Below, piece after piece: positions 11,867-24,014 of a DNA stretch of 64,000 nt. This DNA comes from Antedon mediterranea. Its lineage: Eukaryota; Animalia; Echinodermata. The position numbers and the translations under genes were made by a program. Each line of letters starts with the position of its first letter. Positions within the stretch are counted from its first letter, which is position 1. The notes beneath the pieces are model-generated. The model saw only the letters and a program-made list of their open reading frames with translations. It ran no database searches and was not told the DNA's origin. Location of the stretch: assembly GCF_964355755.1 (NCBI RefSeq), contig NC_092672.1, positions 15,376,001-15,440,000 on the forward strand, given 5' to 3'.

Positions 11867-13050
11867 TTAATGTTCATGAATCTGTTTAGATAAAATGTTA
11901 TTCTTGAAACAATTTCATACAAGTAACATTTTTAATTTTGTTGTCATTATATTACTCTAGCAAAACAGAGTGATAATTCATTTTAACCTAAGAAGATGCG
12001 TTGATAATAATAAATATATATTCATGGTTACAAAGTCTGATTACTACACACATACCATCAATGTTCGCAATTATTTCAAAAGTGCACTGTCGTAATATAA
12101 TGTTCCATCAGTAACAGTAGTGGTATAAATTATAAATATTGATTATTTGAGCACGCATTTTAATGTAAATTCTTTGGTGGTATAATAAAGTGACATTAAA
12201 TAAAACTTTGCACTATTATTTCTCAATTACCTAGTGATGGCTATTAGGATATACACCTCCTAATGCCCAAACAAACATTTCACCATATTGGTAATTCCAC
12301 TGTATACTATTGTATTAAAACAGTTTTTTACAAAACTTTTTGTTTTTAAGGTGTTTTTTTTTCAATTTCTTTTTAGAATCATTCTAATATCAAAATAATA
12401 TTATATCAACAACTAGTTTGTGAACATTATATTTGTAACCCTCCTAATATAATTCAGTTTTGATTATCCTATTGAGATCTGTTTGATCAATTGTAGTTAT
12501 TTAAATAAGCATTTCTGCTAGACCAGCTCTTTTATCATTGAACCATGGAAACAGTAATGTATACGGTTCCCCAGTGGCTGTACTGTACATCTCATTTGCA
12601 GCGTCTTAGAGCTAATTATTTCAGAGTAATCTATCTAATATTCCTAACAGCATTTTAAAGACCAAGTCTTTGTTCAATTTTCTGACATTATTCAAGCAGT
12701 GTTTCAATGTTTTTTCAGTATGAGTTTAGAGGAGTCTTGTTAAAAACAAGGACAAACACTGTTCTTTAATATATTTTATTACATTATAAAAGGTAATTTT
12801 TAATCAAGACACTATTAATGCTAAAATCTCATTAAAGATATAAGAAAATGGTATCGATGTATAACGTTTTTTGGCTAAATTGGGTCTTAATATGTTGATT
12901 TTATTAGTACGTTTTGGTAAAATAAATTCTATAAAGCGTATATTATGATTTTTCTGATGACTTTCATGCAACTGAATTTTTCTCTGAAGTCGAAATTTGG
13001 AAGCCAAAAATCCAAGGGCGATAAATCGTGACGTCATAAGATGAACACAC

Positions 13051-13862
13051 TTGATCACGACACAAGCGCTGTTAATAAAATACAGTACATACTATCGGCA
13101 AGATGTCAAAGAGGAAACAATCTATTGTGAATTTCGAATTGTTGAAGATGAAGGAGGAGATGTTATGGATACGCAAGAAAGTGTTACAATTCAACCGTAT
13201 ATGTATGACCCAGATTGCATCGATTCTGAAGGTGAGGACGGCCAATGCAAAGGCGAAGAAGAAATTGACCAGGCCAACATAGTCCTCCTAGGTCAAAATT
13301 TTCAATTACGGACCCAAATTTTAGAATGGTTAGTTCCGTCAGTTATACACATACATTCATAAGGCTAAGCCTATTGACTTTTTCAGCCAACGTGTATTTT
13401 TATTGAAGTATCAATGTTCGTAATTAATGCCTAAAATAAACATCATAGAATTTTGCAATCTTTATATGAGTTATTATGACTTGAATCAATTGAATAAAAG
13501 ATAAGACTACCACAACTGCTGTACCTACCAGCCATCTCTAGCCTAGGCCTAGCCATTTTCAGATTTTACCCACTACAAGAAGTATATTATTTATTTATTA
13601 TATACTTATTTAATTAACTGTCAACTTTTTTAGGTGTAAATGTGGCCATCACTGCCAAATTCTAGCAAGCAACCGAGAATGCAGATGTTGCCAAGAAATA
13701 TCAGCAGTGGAACTGCAGCAGGGAGAAGTCAATGTACAATAGAGGGATTATAAATGTCCTTTAAAATGCATGGCTCCAATATTGTCAACAGTATGACCAG
13801 GCATTTGAAGGCCCAGAACACAGCATTTTAGGCATGTGGCCTACAGTATAGACAGTTGGCGA
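13051..13862 (+). pseudogene. Spliced KolX / P2X7-ballast-like gene remnant (Kolobok accessory gene)
   Basis: Exon ...IQPYMYDPD...RTQILE(W), GT-AG intron 13329-13633, then WCKCGHHCQILASNRECRCCQEISAV...stop at 13742. Downstream frameshifted FEGPEH..FRHVAY..RQL. A Kolobok-like TTAA|AGACC terminus lies upstream near 12655. Confidence 0.7.
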
Positions 13863-15137
13863 GTCAAATTTGTCAGTGCCAGTTTAAAATTTGGCAAGTT
13901 TAACTTATTCATTATTTGTTTTATCATGGAGTAAGCTTTACTCCATGGTTTTATATAACATCTAAATAGATTCCTCGCATTTGAATCAAATAAAAGGTAG
14001 GCTCTATTTGATTATGATTCACATTGAGTAAAACAGTAATTAACATTTGGTTTTTAATAATTATATTAGATATTATTATTTATATGGATTTTATAAATGC
14101 ACCTGTCAGTGTTAATTATGTCAACAAACGACCAACACTAGGCTGAAAGACAGCAATACCAAACTTTGACAGGCAACTAAAACTCATCTAGACTAATTAT
14201 ATTTTTTCCAACGATTCCACGTCTTGTAGAAATGTTCCATTAATTAATCAAAATCCTAATAACGATCTAAAGTTAATTTAAATGCCTTTTTGAATGAAAT
14301 TAGTACATATATCTCTCCAAATCGTACACAAAAATGTGCTGCTGGTGTTTACAAAGAAAACAGAGGCAAGACAACAGGTGGCGCAGAAATAATAACACAG
14401 AAACTACGGGAAATTACTTAACATGGACCTGATTCTTTTAATTAAGAAGAGTGGGCCAGAGCTAGCAGTATAGTTGTGTAAATAGGCCTACATAGTGAAA
14501 GAGCTAGGAGTTTAATGACTACAGTATTACAGATTAAAAATCTTCGGAAAATACCCACAATTGAGTTATTTTCAAAACACACACACTCCTACTACCAGCA
14601 TCACATTGTCTAGCTCGCTCCTCGTGTAATACACCATTTTCCATTTCAGTTAATTACCACCCTGGTCCATGTGTGCAAGCATTAGCGTGGTACATTTACA
14701 CCCTTGAATGTAATATCGTAATTTTTTTCTCGCATATGAAGGTTTTTTAAATAATAATGGTATGCAGTATAAACATTAAAAATAAACAAGAAACATGAAA
14801 TGTCTTTTATGAACACGGCCGAAAAAAAGTGTGTGGCGTATTTGGCGTTTTATTGATTTGTGTTATAGACATGGCGATTACTGCAATCAATGTATACTAA
14901 ATTACATTGAGTTATTCACCCGGCTGTAGGATATATATATCTAAGGTAAACAGACCACCAAATGTAGTACCACATTACCAAATGTTCATTTTTTTTCGAT
15001 CAAAGTTTATTATTAGTTTGTCGAAAAAGATTTATTTAAATTTACATTATGTAACATTTGTTATTAAATGTGATGGAAACAGTTGCTCTAACCCCTTCCC
15101 AAATCCACAGAAATTGACTTTTCGCAAAGTGAACTTT

Positions 15138-15325
15138 TAAATGCGCGTGCGCGCGTAACTTTCTGTGAAACATGCCATTTTTAATCCATAGAAAGTTTGC
15201 CCTTGATATGACTTAAATTTTCACCAAGTGTCAATATATAATGACTTTTGGTTTTTAATCTATGATCCATCATTGAAATTCATAAAATTGCGCGTAACTT
15301 ACGCTGCGCGACTCTAAAATCATAA
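15138..15325. repeat. Dispersed repeat, inverted copy at ~40640-40760
   Basis: AAACATGCCATTTTTAATCCATAGAAAGTT matches the reverse complement of AACTTTCTATGGATTAAAAATGGCATGTTT. Confidence 0.6.
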
Positions 15326-15504
15326 AACGAAGTTTCCTGCACTTCTACATATAGAGGTCAATCTTCTGACAAAGTTTTACGATGTAATGTTGATGAGAAT
15401 TTGAGATACACGTGACACAAAATTCTGGGAAAGAAAGAAGAATATAGAAGAAAAAAAAAAAGATTGTGACAATAACAAGGGGTTATCCGCCAAGTGCGGA
15501 TAAC

Positions 15505-15802
15505 CAATAAATTCTGTCGCCAGTTTTCAAAGGAGTTAACTGTTTCATTTTCGGTAAGTTGCCATTGTTTTGGGGCTCTCGCAGTAGCCATGTTGTAAGC
15601 AGTAGATGCTGACGGTAACATAACAAGGCTAGCCTTTACTCACATGTCGGCTGAGAGGGCGTTCGATTTATCTATGCGAGCTAGACTTCAGGATCGAGTC
15701 CGGTAGCCTAGAAAAAATGTTCAGTGATTTGTAAAGTATGAAAAGTCTCTATCTTCTGTTTATTGAAGCGATTTCGCAGTAGTGGGTAATGCGCTGCCAC
15801 CA
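15505..15802 (-). mobile_element. Gypsy-type LTR retrotransposon 5' fragment (PBS plus gag N-terminus)
   Basis: Minus-strand TGGTGGCAGCG (15802-15792) is complementary to a tRNA-Leu 3' end. It is followed by [29 protein letters not shown], a gag-like N-terminus recalled from invertebrate LTR elements. Confidence 0.55.
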
Positions 15803-15959
15803 CGGCAATATAGACTAATCAACTTCACGAAGATATGCTTTTAATAAATAAACGAAAGTACTATCAATCGACACTAGGCCTAGGCCTACTAGAACCAATG
15901 CACTGCAACAACAACACACGAGGACGTGCAAGTGTGGCGTAAACTATATTTGGAATGAA

Positions 15960-16290
15960 AAAACCATTATGAACCATGCCAAAATAGTGATAAGACAGCT
16001 AAAACTTATAATGCGCCATTACAACCATGATTGCGTTACCAGAACATGCATGGCAAAAACTTGTTATCGATACAATTAGGCCCATTTGAAAAGGGACCTA
16101 GAAAGTGTAGTAATGCTATTGTGCTCGTTGACTATTTCAGTAAATGGCCAGAAGTTTCTTTTACCAATGATATTACATCTACATTTTCTCGACCAGATGG
16201 ACAAATCTGGAATGCTAAATACCTAACAAATCTAATCACACAGAAACAGAAAGATGGTGCGAGGCACACGAGGCAAGTCAGACATTTATG
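15960..16290 (+). pseudogene. Gypsy integrase remnant (internally deleted)
   Basis: Frameshifted CQNSDKTAKTYNAPLQP / LPEHAWQKLVID / GPFE..AIVLVDYFSKWPEV, joined to a C-terminal DGQIWNAKYL. Confidence 0.75.
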
Positions 16291-16368
16291 CAAGGCATCG
16301 TTTTATTATTATTTTCCTAAAATTGTGAGGCAGGAAATCAAAGGAAATTAAAGTAGCCTAGGCCCACT

Positions 16369-17273
16369 GGGTGTCACGAAACCTAAGACCACGAAAGCTA
16401 AGACCCCCTAAGACCTAAGACCACGAAAGCTAAGACCCCCTAAGACCTAAGATTACAAATTCTAAGATATACTACAGCTTAAAAACAATACTTGTTTATC
16501 CATACATAATTTTAAACACAGTAGGTTTCATTTATTACCATAAATATAATTTAAACTACCGCAAAACATAGATAAACTCACATTATTTTCGCCCGTTGAG
16601 TAAATGTATATTTTTTCTTTACAACAAACAAACTTGACGGGTTGTTTGTTGGTATATATTTACTCCAATGTGTTGGTTCAGAGGATGTTTTTCTTACGCA
16701 CCTGCCTTTCTTGTATTTTGACTCCAAATTTGTTGACTAACTAAAGTATAAAAACAGAAAGAAAACGAAACAAAAAAACTTATCATGATTTTTAAGTTAA
16801 AATTTATTTGCCAGTATTTATTTCTTCGTACTTGCATGATTATACTATTATCATTACAATTTTAATTTTACATTGTTCCATCCACACTGTAGATGGACTC
16901 CAACAGAGTTTTCAGCCCTCTATATAATTTTTGCTCTTTTGACGTTCCATAGAAACAAAAACATTGAGCATGGGGAGCTCGAGGAGTTACATTACAGTAT
17001 ACTGCTACTAGTGTACTGTAGGCTAGTCATTTTGTGTGCGAGAAAAACGTCTGTAAAATCATCAATTTAAAAATGTATTTGTTACTTTTAATGTGATTCT
17101 TTTTCATGAAAGTGTCAATTCTAAGGTGTGGTATTCAGAATAAATGTTGGGAGTTAAAATACAAGGCAGGTGCGAAAGATAAATATTTGTAATCTTAGGT
17201 CTTGGGTCTTACCTTTCGTGATCTTAGGTCTTAGGGGGTCTTAGCTTTCATGGTCTTAGGTTTCGTGACACCC
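16369..17273. mobile_element. MULE/MuDR-like non-autonomous element
   Basis: ~50-bp TIRs GGGTGTCACGAAACCTAAGACCACGAAAGCTAAGACCCCCTAAGACCTAAGA and a 10-bp TSD TAGGCCCACT (16359-16368, 17274-17283). Confidence 0.85.
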
Positions 17274-18255
17274 TAGGCCCACTAGTTCCTTTTTGCACCT
17301 GCCTTGTATTTTAACTTGAAATTTGTTAACCAACTTTATCCTGAATACCACACCTTAGAATTGGTAGGCCTACTTTAATGAACAAAATTCACACAAAAGT
17401 AACAATAAATCTGTTAAATTTGTGATTTTACAGACGTTTTCCTCGCATACAATTTCGCACACTCAATGTTCAATATTTTGGTTTCTATGGAACGCCAAAA
17501 GAGCAAAATTAATTAGAGGGCTAAAAACTCTGTGGAATCCATATATTTAACACATTATTTGGTGAAAATCATGTACAATTTCAATAGATTTACTTGTCAG
17601 TAAGGAAAAATGTTACTGTTGATACTATATACGGTTTAGTTAACCTTTTAAAGACTAAAATAGAAAAATTAATCATAATATCCTTAGTAGGATGTCCTAG
17701 GTCTACTAAGCTTGGTAGTGATGTTGATTTAGAATCGATTATTATTCTTTGAAAATAGAACAGTATCAGCAGTAACATATATTACAGCATTTTTATTAAA
17801 CAAACAAATTAATAAATATGTTTAAATTGAACGTGTTTTTCACCAATAAATGCATGAGAAATTGACGCATTCCACTGAGTTTTAGTCCTCTATTACCGTT
17901 ACTCCTTAGGCGCTTCATAGAACAAAAAATATTGAACATTGAATAAGCGAAATTCGCGAACAGTGTGTGAGAAACACGCTTGTAAAATCATTAATTTAAG
18001 GATTTATTTGTTACTTTTTATGGGATTCTTCTTCATTAAAGTACTTATGAGGTATACTTCTAAGGTGTGGTATTCACACAATAAAGTTAATTATCAAATT
18101 TGGAGTCAAAATACAATAAATAAAAATCGTTCTTAATACCTAGCCTACTAAAACAGGAATAGTGTATCATTATTAATATTACACCAATTATTATTATATC
18201 AAAATTTATTAAATTATTTTCTACATAGGCCTCTAGGTTAGGGCTAAGCATATTA

Positions 18256-18760
18256 CAGTAGAACCTTCATTTTACGTACGGTACGGGACCGAAAGGCGTA
18301 CATAAAACAAGGGATTCGTAAAATCAAGGTTGACCTTAAATTGACCCCAAATACGTAGAGATCGTAGCTAGCCGTATTTGCCTACTCCTGTACAGTATGC
18401 AGGCTGAGGTGGTCACTAGCTAGGCCTAGACTATTCAGGCTAGGCTAGCAGGCCTAGCAAGATGTGAGGCCTAACTAGAAAAGTACAGTATATACAGGCT
18501 GTGCGATGTTTAAATAAAGTGTAAAATATAATTGTTTTCTATCAATAAAAACAGTCGCTGCTTTAGGGAGAATGCACGTGCGTAGCTTGTCCACCCACAG
18601 CAGAATTCCTCATCACACAGCCATGATTGTGGCTTTGTGTGCTTTGTTGTTGTTAAATTGCGCCCTCAATGTAAGAAAATGATGACGTCATAGATTATTT
18701 TAAGCGTACGTAAAATCGAGGGAACGTAAAATCAGGGTACGTAAAACACAGGCTCTACTG
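18256..18760. mobile_element. Tc1/mariner (Tigger/pogo-like) MITE
   Basis: TA|CAGTAGAACCTTCATTTTACGTAC ... GTACGTAAAACACAGGCTCTACTG|TA. Confidence 0.8.
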
Positions 18761-19723
18761 TATTAGCTAAAGTTAAATTTTAGGCCAAGTATTACGATTT
18801 TCGGAAGCAAGTCTTTTTCACATGTGCTTCTCTCGCAATTTTTTTTCTTTGCGGCATGTTATTTGAATGGCATATCAGTTACCTTTTATTCACCGCCAGT
18901 TATTGAACTTGTCCTGGTCATCGCTGTTCACTTTATTTGCGAGAGAGGTACACATGTTGATTTCCTAGAGAATGGAATGTCAAAAACAGCGTTGCTGCTG
19001 AAACCACATGCTATAGGAGGGGAATCGCCACAAGGCCGAATCATTCCGCTACCTGCTAAATAGTAAAGAGGGATTTTCCATCTCTCGGTTCTACCAGATC
19101 CAAGCGCAGGGTGTGCCAAAATATTATTTTCACTCTGCTATGTTCGAGAGACATGTTAAATTAATTGTAAAGTGAACATGCTCGAAATGCCAATAAACAT
19201 GGCCGCCATTTGATGGGTGTCGCTATAACAATTATTGTTTATCGAATGTCGTTCAGATTTTAAAAATATGGCGCATACGGATGGTACTGGGGGTATATAA
19301 CAGTGTTCATATTTAATTTCGGGCAATAAATGTTTCAAAATGTTCTGTATGTCAGTACAGACCCCACTAATTTTGTGATCGCATGAAAATAGCATTTAAA
19401 TAAAATTTGAGTTATTAATGTATAGCTTTTGAAGAAATTAGCACCTTTGAGACTTGAATAATTTGCGAATATTAAATATAGGATAACCAATTTTCATTTA
19501 AACCCATGAGACTGTGATTCAAAATTAAGATATTTTGTAAAGGAGGCTGAAAGTTGAGTGCTCTCTAGAGAATGGCTGGGCTTAACTACAGTCAAGATAA
19601 GTTTTTGCAAAGCAATCTAAATAATAATTATCAGCTACCTGTGTTTGAATTAAATTGCTTTTGCATAGGCTACCAAGAGAGGGCAGTATTGTCAATTATA
19701 AACATCAAGAGATTTTTATTTAA

Positions 19724-20337
19724 AGATACCTTCCCTACAATTTGTGACGTTTTGTAAAAATAATATATTACTTTAAAAACATTAAACCAGGTCATTCCTT
19801 GTCTTAAATGTACGTTTTATGGTAAATTATGATAAAAAGTGAGAAACAATGCACTACCTAAGTAGGTCGCAGCGAATGACCTCTCGTAGACAGTCTTAAG
19901 GCCTAGCCTAGCTAGGCTTAGTTTTGTAGGCCTAGCTGGTAAACATCGATAACGTACGAACATCGTACGCTAGCTATATACCTAGCCTGACGTTGTATAG
20001 TTGCTGCATTAATTGTCTTTCTATTTTTTCCAGACTCCGTTGATACAAATTGGGGAAAACCCGGTATTTTCGCTGAAAAGTTAGGAGTCTTCCTCACGAT
20101 CGATCGAAAAGTGGGTGAATTACAGAAGAAAAACAAAAAATATCAATCCGCGCGCAATGCATTTTGGGATTTATAGCGGGCTGCTTTAAATATTAGAATC
20201 AACTTATATTTCACATTTTTAACCATTTAAAGACGAACAAATTTATCGCAAAAGGACCATATAGTATTAATTTTTACATTACGGTAAATATAGTTTGTGA
20301 TCTTAAGTTAGATCTAAAAAACGTAGGGAAGGTGTCT
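19724..20337. mobile_element. Kolobok-type MITE, copy A
   Basis: TTAA|AGATACCTTCCCTAC ... GTAGGGAAGGTGTCT|TTAA. Near-identical to 38851-39476 and 42374-42999. Confidence 0.88.
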
Positions 20338-21058
20338 TTAAAATGCTGTCAAACTCTAATTTATCAAGTAATTTTTAAACATGTTCATGTATAAACAAGC
20401 ACATCTAAATAATTTGCTTTTAACTGCTCTAAACAAGCATAATTATTTGTTTAAACAGGATTTAAACTGAACTAAATAGTATCTTTTATTATCAATGATA
20501 TACAACCACCATTGCCTCACTATACACGTCTTTATGTATTTTCTGTAATTAGCAAACTCTTGAGCTATCCAGCATAGTAGATTTGATCGATTCAAGTTGT
20601 TTTGAGATGTTATAAAGTTTGAAATAACATTTTGTATAATTGTAACTAAATTTAAGTTTGCATGGCCCAAAAAGGGAAGTTTTCACTGTCTAATGGTTAT
20701 CGATGCTGAAACATATCCAAACACAATAAGTGGCTCATTATGCGTGAGTGAGGTTTTCAACTATTAGTGGAATGACTGATGAGTGTGATTATTGTGTTTT
20801 ATGGACGGTTTCAAGGACTATCCTACCATTCACTGGCAAATTGATTAACACTTTGTAACTGGAGCTGTGACTACCTTGCAAGAAGACTAGGCCAGAATTT
20901 TTAATTGAAAAGTGCCTTGGTATTTACAAATAGAAAAAAAGGGTCTACAGTAAAAATAAATGGTCTGTTTTTATTTATTTATTTTTTTTTATTTATTCAA
21001 ATTCTCACAAAAATGTACATACAAAGCAAGAAAGAGACATAACATATAAAAAGAACAG

Positions 21059-22288
21059 AGTACATTGAGTGAAGGATGGGACCAACAGGTGGTAACACCT
21101 CTAGAACGGTCCAATCCCAAGTACATTGAGTGAAGGATGGGACCAACAGGTGGTAACACCTCTAGAACGGTCCAATCACAAGTACATTGAGTGAAGGATG
21201 GGACCAACAGGTGGTAACACCTCTAGAACGGTCCAATCCCAAGTACATTGAGTGAAGGATGGGACCAACAGGTGGTAAACACCTCTAGGACGGTCCAATC
21301 CCAAGTACATTGAGTGAAGGATGGGACCAACAGGTGGTAAACACCTCTAGAACGGTCCAATCCCAAGTACATTGAGTGAAGGATGGGACCAACAGGTGGT
21401 AACACCTCTAGAACGGTCCAATCACAAGTACATTGAGTGAAGGATGGGACCAACAGGTGGTAAACAACTCTAGAACGGTCCAATCCCAAGTACATTGAGT
21501 GAAAGATGGGACCAACAGGTGGTAACACCTCTAGAACGGTCCAATCACAAGTACATTGAGTGAAGGATGGGACCAACAGGTGGTAACACCTCTAGAACGG
21601 TCCAATCCCAAGTACATTGAGTGAAGGATGGGACCAACAGGTGGTAACACCTCTAGAACGGTCCAATCCCAAGTACATTGAGTGAAGGATGGGACCAACA
21701 GGTGGTAAACACCTCTAGGACGGTCCAATCCCCAAGTACATTGAGTGAAGGATGGGACCAACAGGTGGTAAACAACTCTAGAACGGTCCAATCCCAAGTA
21801 CATTGAGTGAAGGATGGGACCAACAGGTGGTAACACCTCTAGAACGGTCCAATCCCAAGTACATTGAGTGAAGGATGGGACCAACAGGTGGTAACACCTC
21901 TAGAACGGTCCAATCCCAAGTACATTGAGTGAAGGATGGGACCAACAGGTGGTAAACACCTCTAGGACGGTCCAATCCCAAGTACATTGAGTGAAGGATG
22001 GGACCAACAGGTGGTAACACCTCTAGAACGGTCCAATCCCAAGTACATTGAGTGAAGGATGGGACCAACAGGTGGTAACACCTCTAGAACGGTCCAATCC
22101 CAAGTACATTGAGTGAAGGATGGGACCAACAGGTGGTAAACACCTCTAGGACGGTCCAATCACAAGTACATTGAGTGAAGGATGGGACCAACAGGTGGTA
22201 AACACCTCTAGAACGGTCCAATCACAAGTACATTGAGTGAAGGATGGGACCAACAGGTGGTAACACCTCTAGAACGGTCCAATCCCAA
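21059..22288. repeat. Minisatellite, 20 copies of a 61/62-bp unit
   Basis: Unit AAGTACATTGAGTGAAGGATGGGACCAACAGGTGGTAA(A)CACCTCTAGAACGGTCCAATCCC repeated head to tail with no spacers. Confidence 0.97.
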
Positions 22289-22640
22289 ATTGCACAGTGA
22301 TAAATGAAAAAGTTAATAACATTATAATAAATATTTAAATATAGTAAATAGTAATTTATAAATTTGTATAATTTAAGATAAAACTAAGTTGGTCGACATT
22401 TACAGCAGCGACAACAGGACACCCATGTGCACATATTGCCAGTTTCATACGTATTGGTAACTTTTTTTAAGGCCATTCTTGTTCTTCATTGAAAGTCCGA
22501 GCCTGGAATTTATTTTTTTATTATGCCATGGAAATATTTAAAAGTTATGAATGAATATTTTGTGTTTTCATGTTGTTTTTTTTTTTGCATTTAAACATTT
22601 ATTTACTTTCAATGTCATGGTAACAAAATAAAAGGTGATA

Positions 22641-23560
22641 CCGTATTTTCCGGAGTATAGGTCGACCCCAAGTATAAGTCGACCCCCAACTTTGACCTAG
22701 AATATCGTTGATTTTGGTATGACCTGAATATAAGTCGACCCCCCAAAATCGGCTAATAACACAACTTTAAAGTTCAAAGAAGGCTAGAAACGTATGAAAT
22801 GTTGTTGTTTGTTTATACAATTATTAAAGTGTAGGCCTAATCAATATCGGACGGACGTAATCACAACGGCTTCGCCGCCGTCTTCGCCAGCCTATAATAA
22901 ATGACAGCGATGTAGCGTTACAGTACTTGCCATCAGCGATGTTTTTTCGCGTCACTCAAATAAATTAAAACGAGTTTTTCGTTAGGAGGCTTATTAAATT
23001 GTACAGGCGAGTAGTTGTAAATCGCGTTATCTGTAAATGTACACGCGCCGGACTGAGGAGAATTTATTTTATGAATAGACATGCGCAGTAATTGTAATTA
23101 CGAACAAACAAACAAACTGCGCATGTGTATAGAAGAAAATATCGCGCAATAACAAACATGCTGCATGGACATTCCAACATCGTGTAGTTCGTTTGTGGTG
23201 TGTGTTCCGATGTTTTCGCGAGTGAATACGAAGCATATGAAACACAAACGAAAACTATTTATTCTTAATTATTTTAATAAAAGCGTAATATAAACATCAA
23301 AATTAATCATTGTTACTTGTACCAGTACTTGTTGGAGTTGTATTATTTTGTACAATGTAGGTATTATTAAATTGAAAACTCCTGTGAGTGATTGATGATA
23401 GGCCACTGACCTTGCTAGGCCTTGACAGCTGACGGCTTTTGAACGAATTTTTTCGGCTTGATTTTTTTCAAAAATCGCATGGTCGGAGTATAAGTCGACC
23501 CCCCGATTTTGCAATTAAAATTTTCCCACAAAGTCTCGACCTATACTCCGGAAAATACGG
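22641..23560. mobile_element. Tc1/mariner (pogo/Tc2-like) MITE
   Basis: TA|CCGTATTTTCCGGAGTATAGGTCGA ... TCGACCTATACTCCGGAAAATACGG|TA, with internal TATAAGTCGACCCCC repeats. Confidence 0.9.
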
Positions 23561-24014
23561 TACATAAAATGACAAAGTAACATTGAAAGAAGGCTTGATC
23601 CCAATGAAGAAGAACTTGTGTTGGGCAAGCCTGAAACATAACATAAAGTGACATAGTAACAAGTTTATGAAACAACCACGAATGTGCAATACTCGGGGTA
23701 CAGCAAAAGAAGCTGTAATAACGTCGTAAGACACACATACACATCAATAACCTCGCTACCAAATACCATCTTCGAGCCGTGATATGGCTGCATCCGGTTT
23801 GAAATTAAAAAATCTATAGATTTGAGGAAATGCCCCTGTAGTATATTCATGCCAAATCCCAGCTCAATACTACAACGAATAAGGGAGGAGTAGTACTTTA
23901 TAAGTCGCACTTTTTACTCAGTAGTGTCCGGATGGAAGAAGAAGAGGAAAAGATGAGAGAGTCCTAGACTCAGGTACCCCAAGTAGGCCTACAGTGTTTA
24001 AAATGGATTATAGT

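Noticed and set aside
21059-22288. CRISPR-like array, and the overlapping repetitive ORFs at 20989-22159
   Set aside because: Units are contiguous with no unique spacers, no cas genes are present and the context is eukaryotic. The ORFs are translation artefacts of the repeat.
21059-22288. Hammerhead ribozyme (retrozyme-type) repeat
   Set aside because: No CUGANGA...GAAA catalytic core on either strand of the unit.
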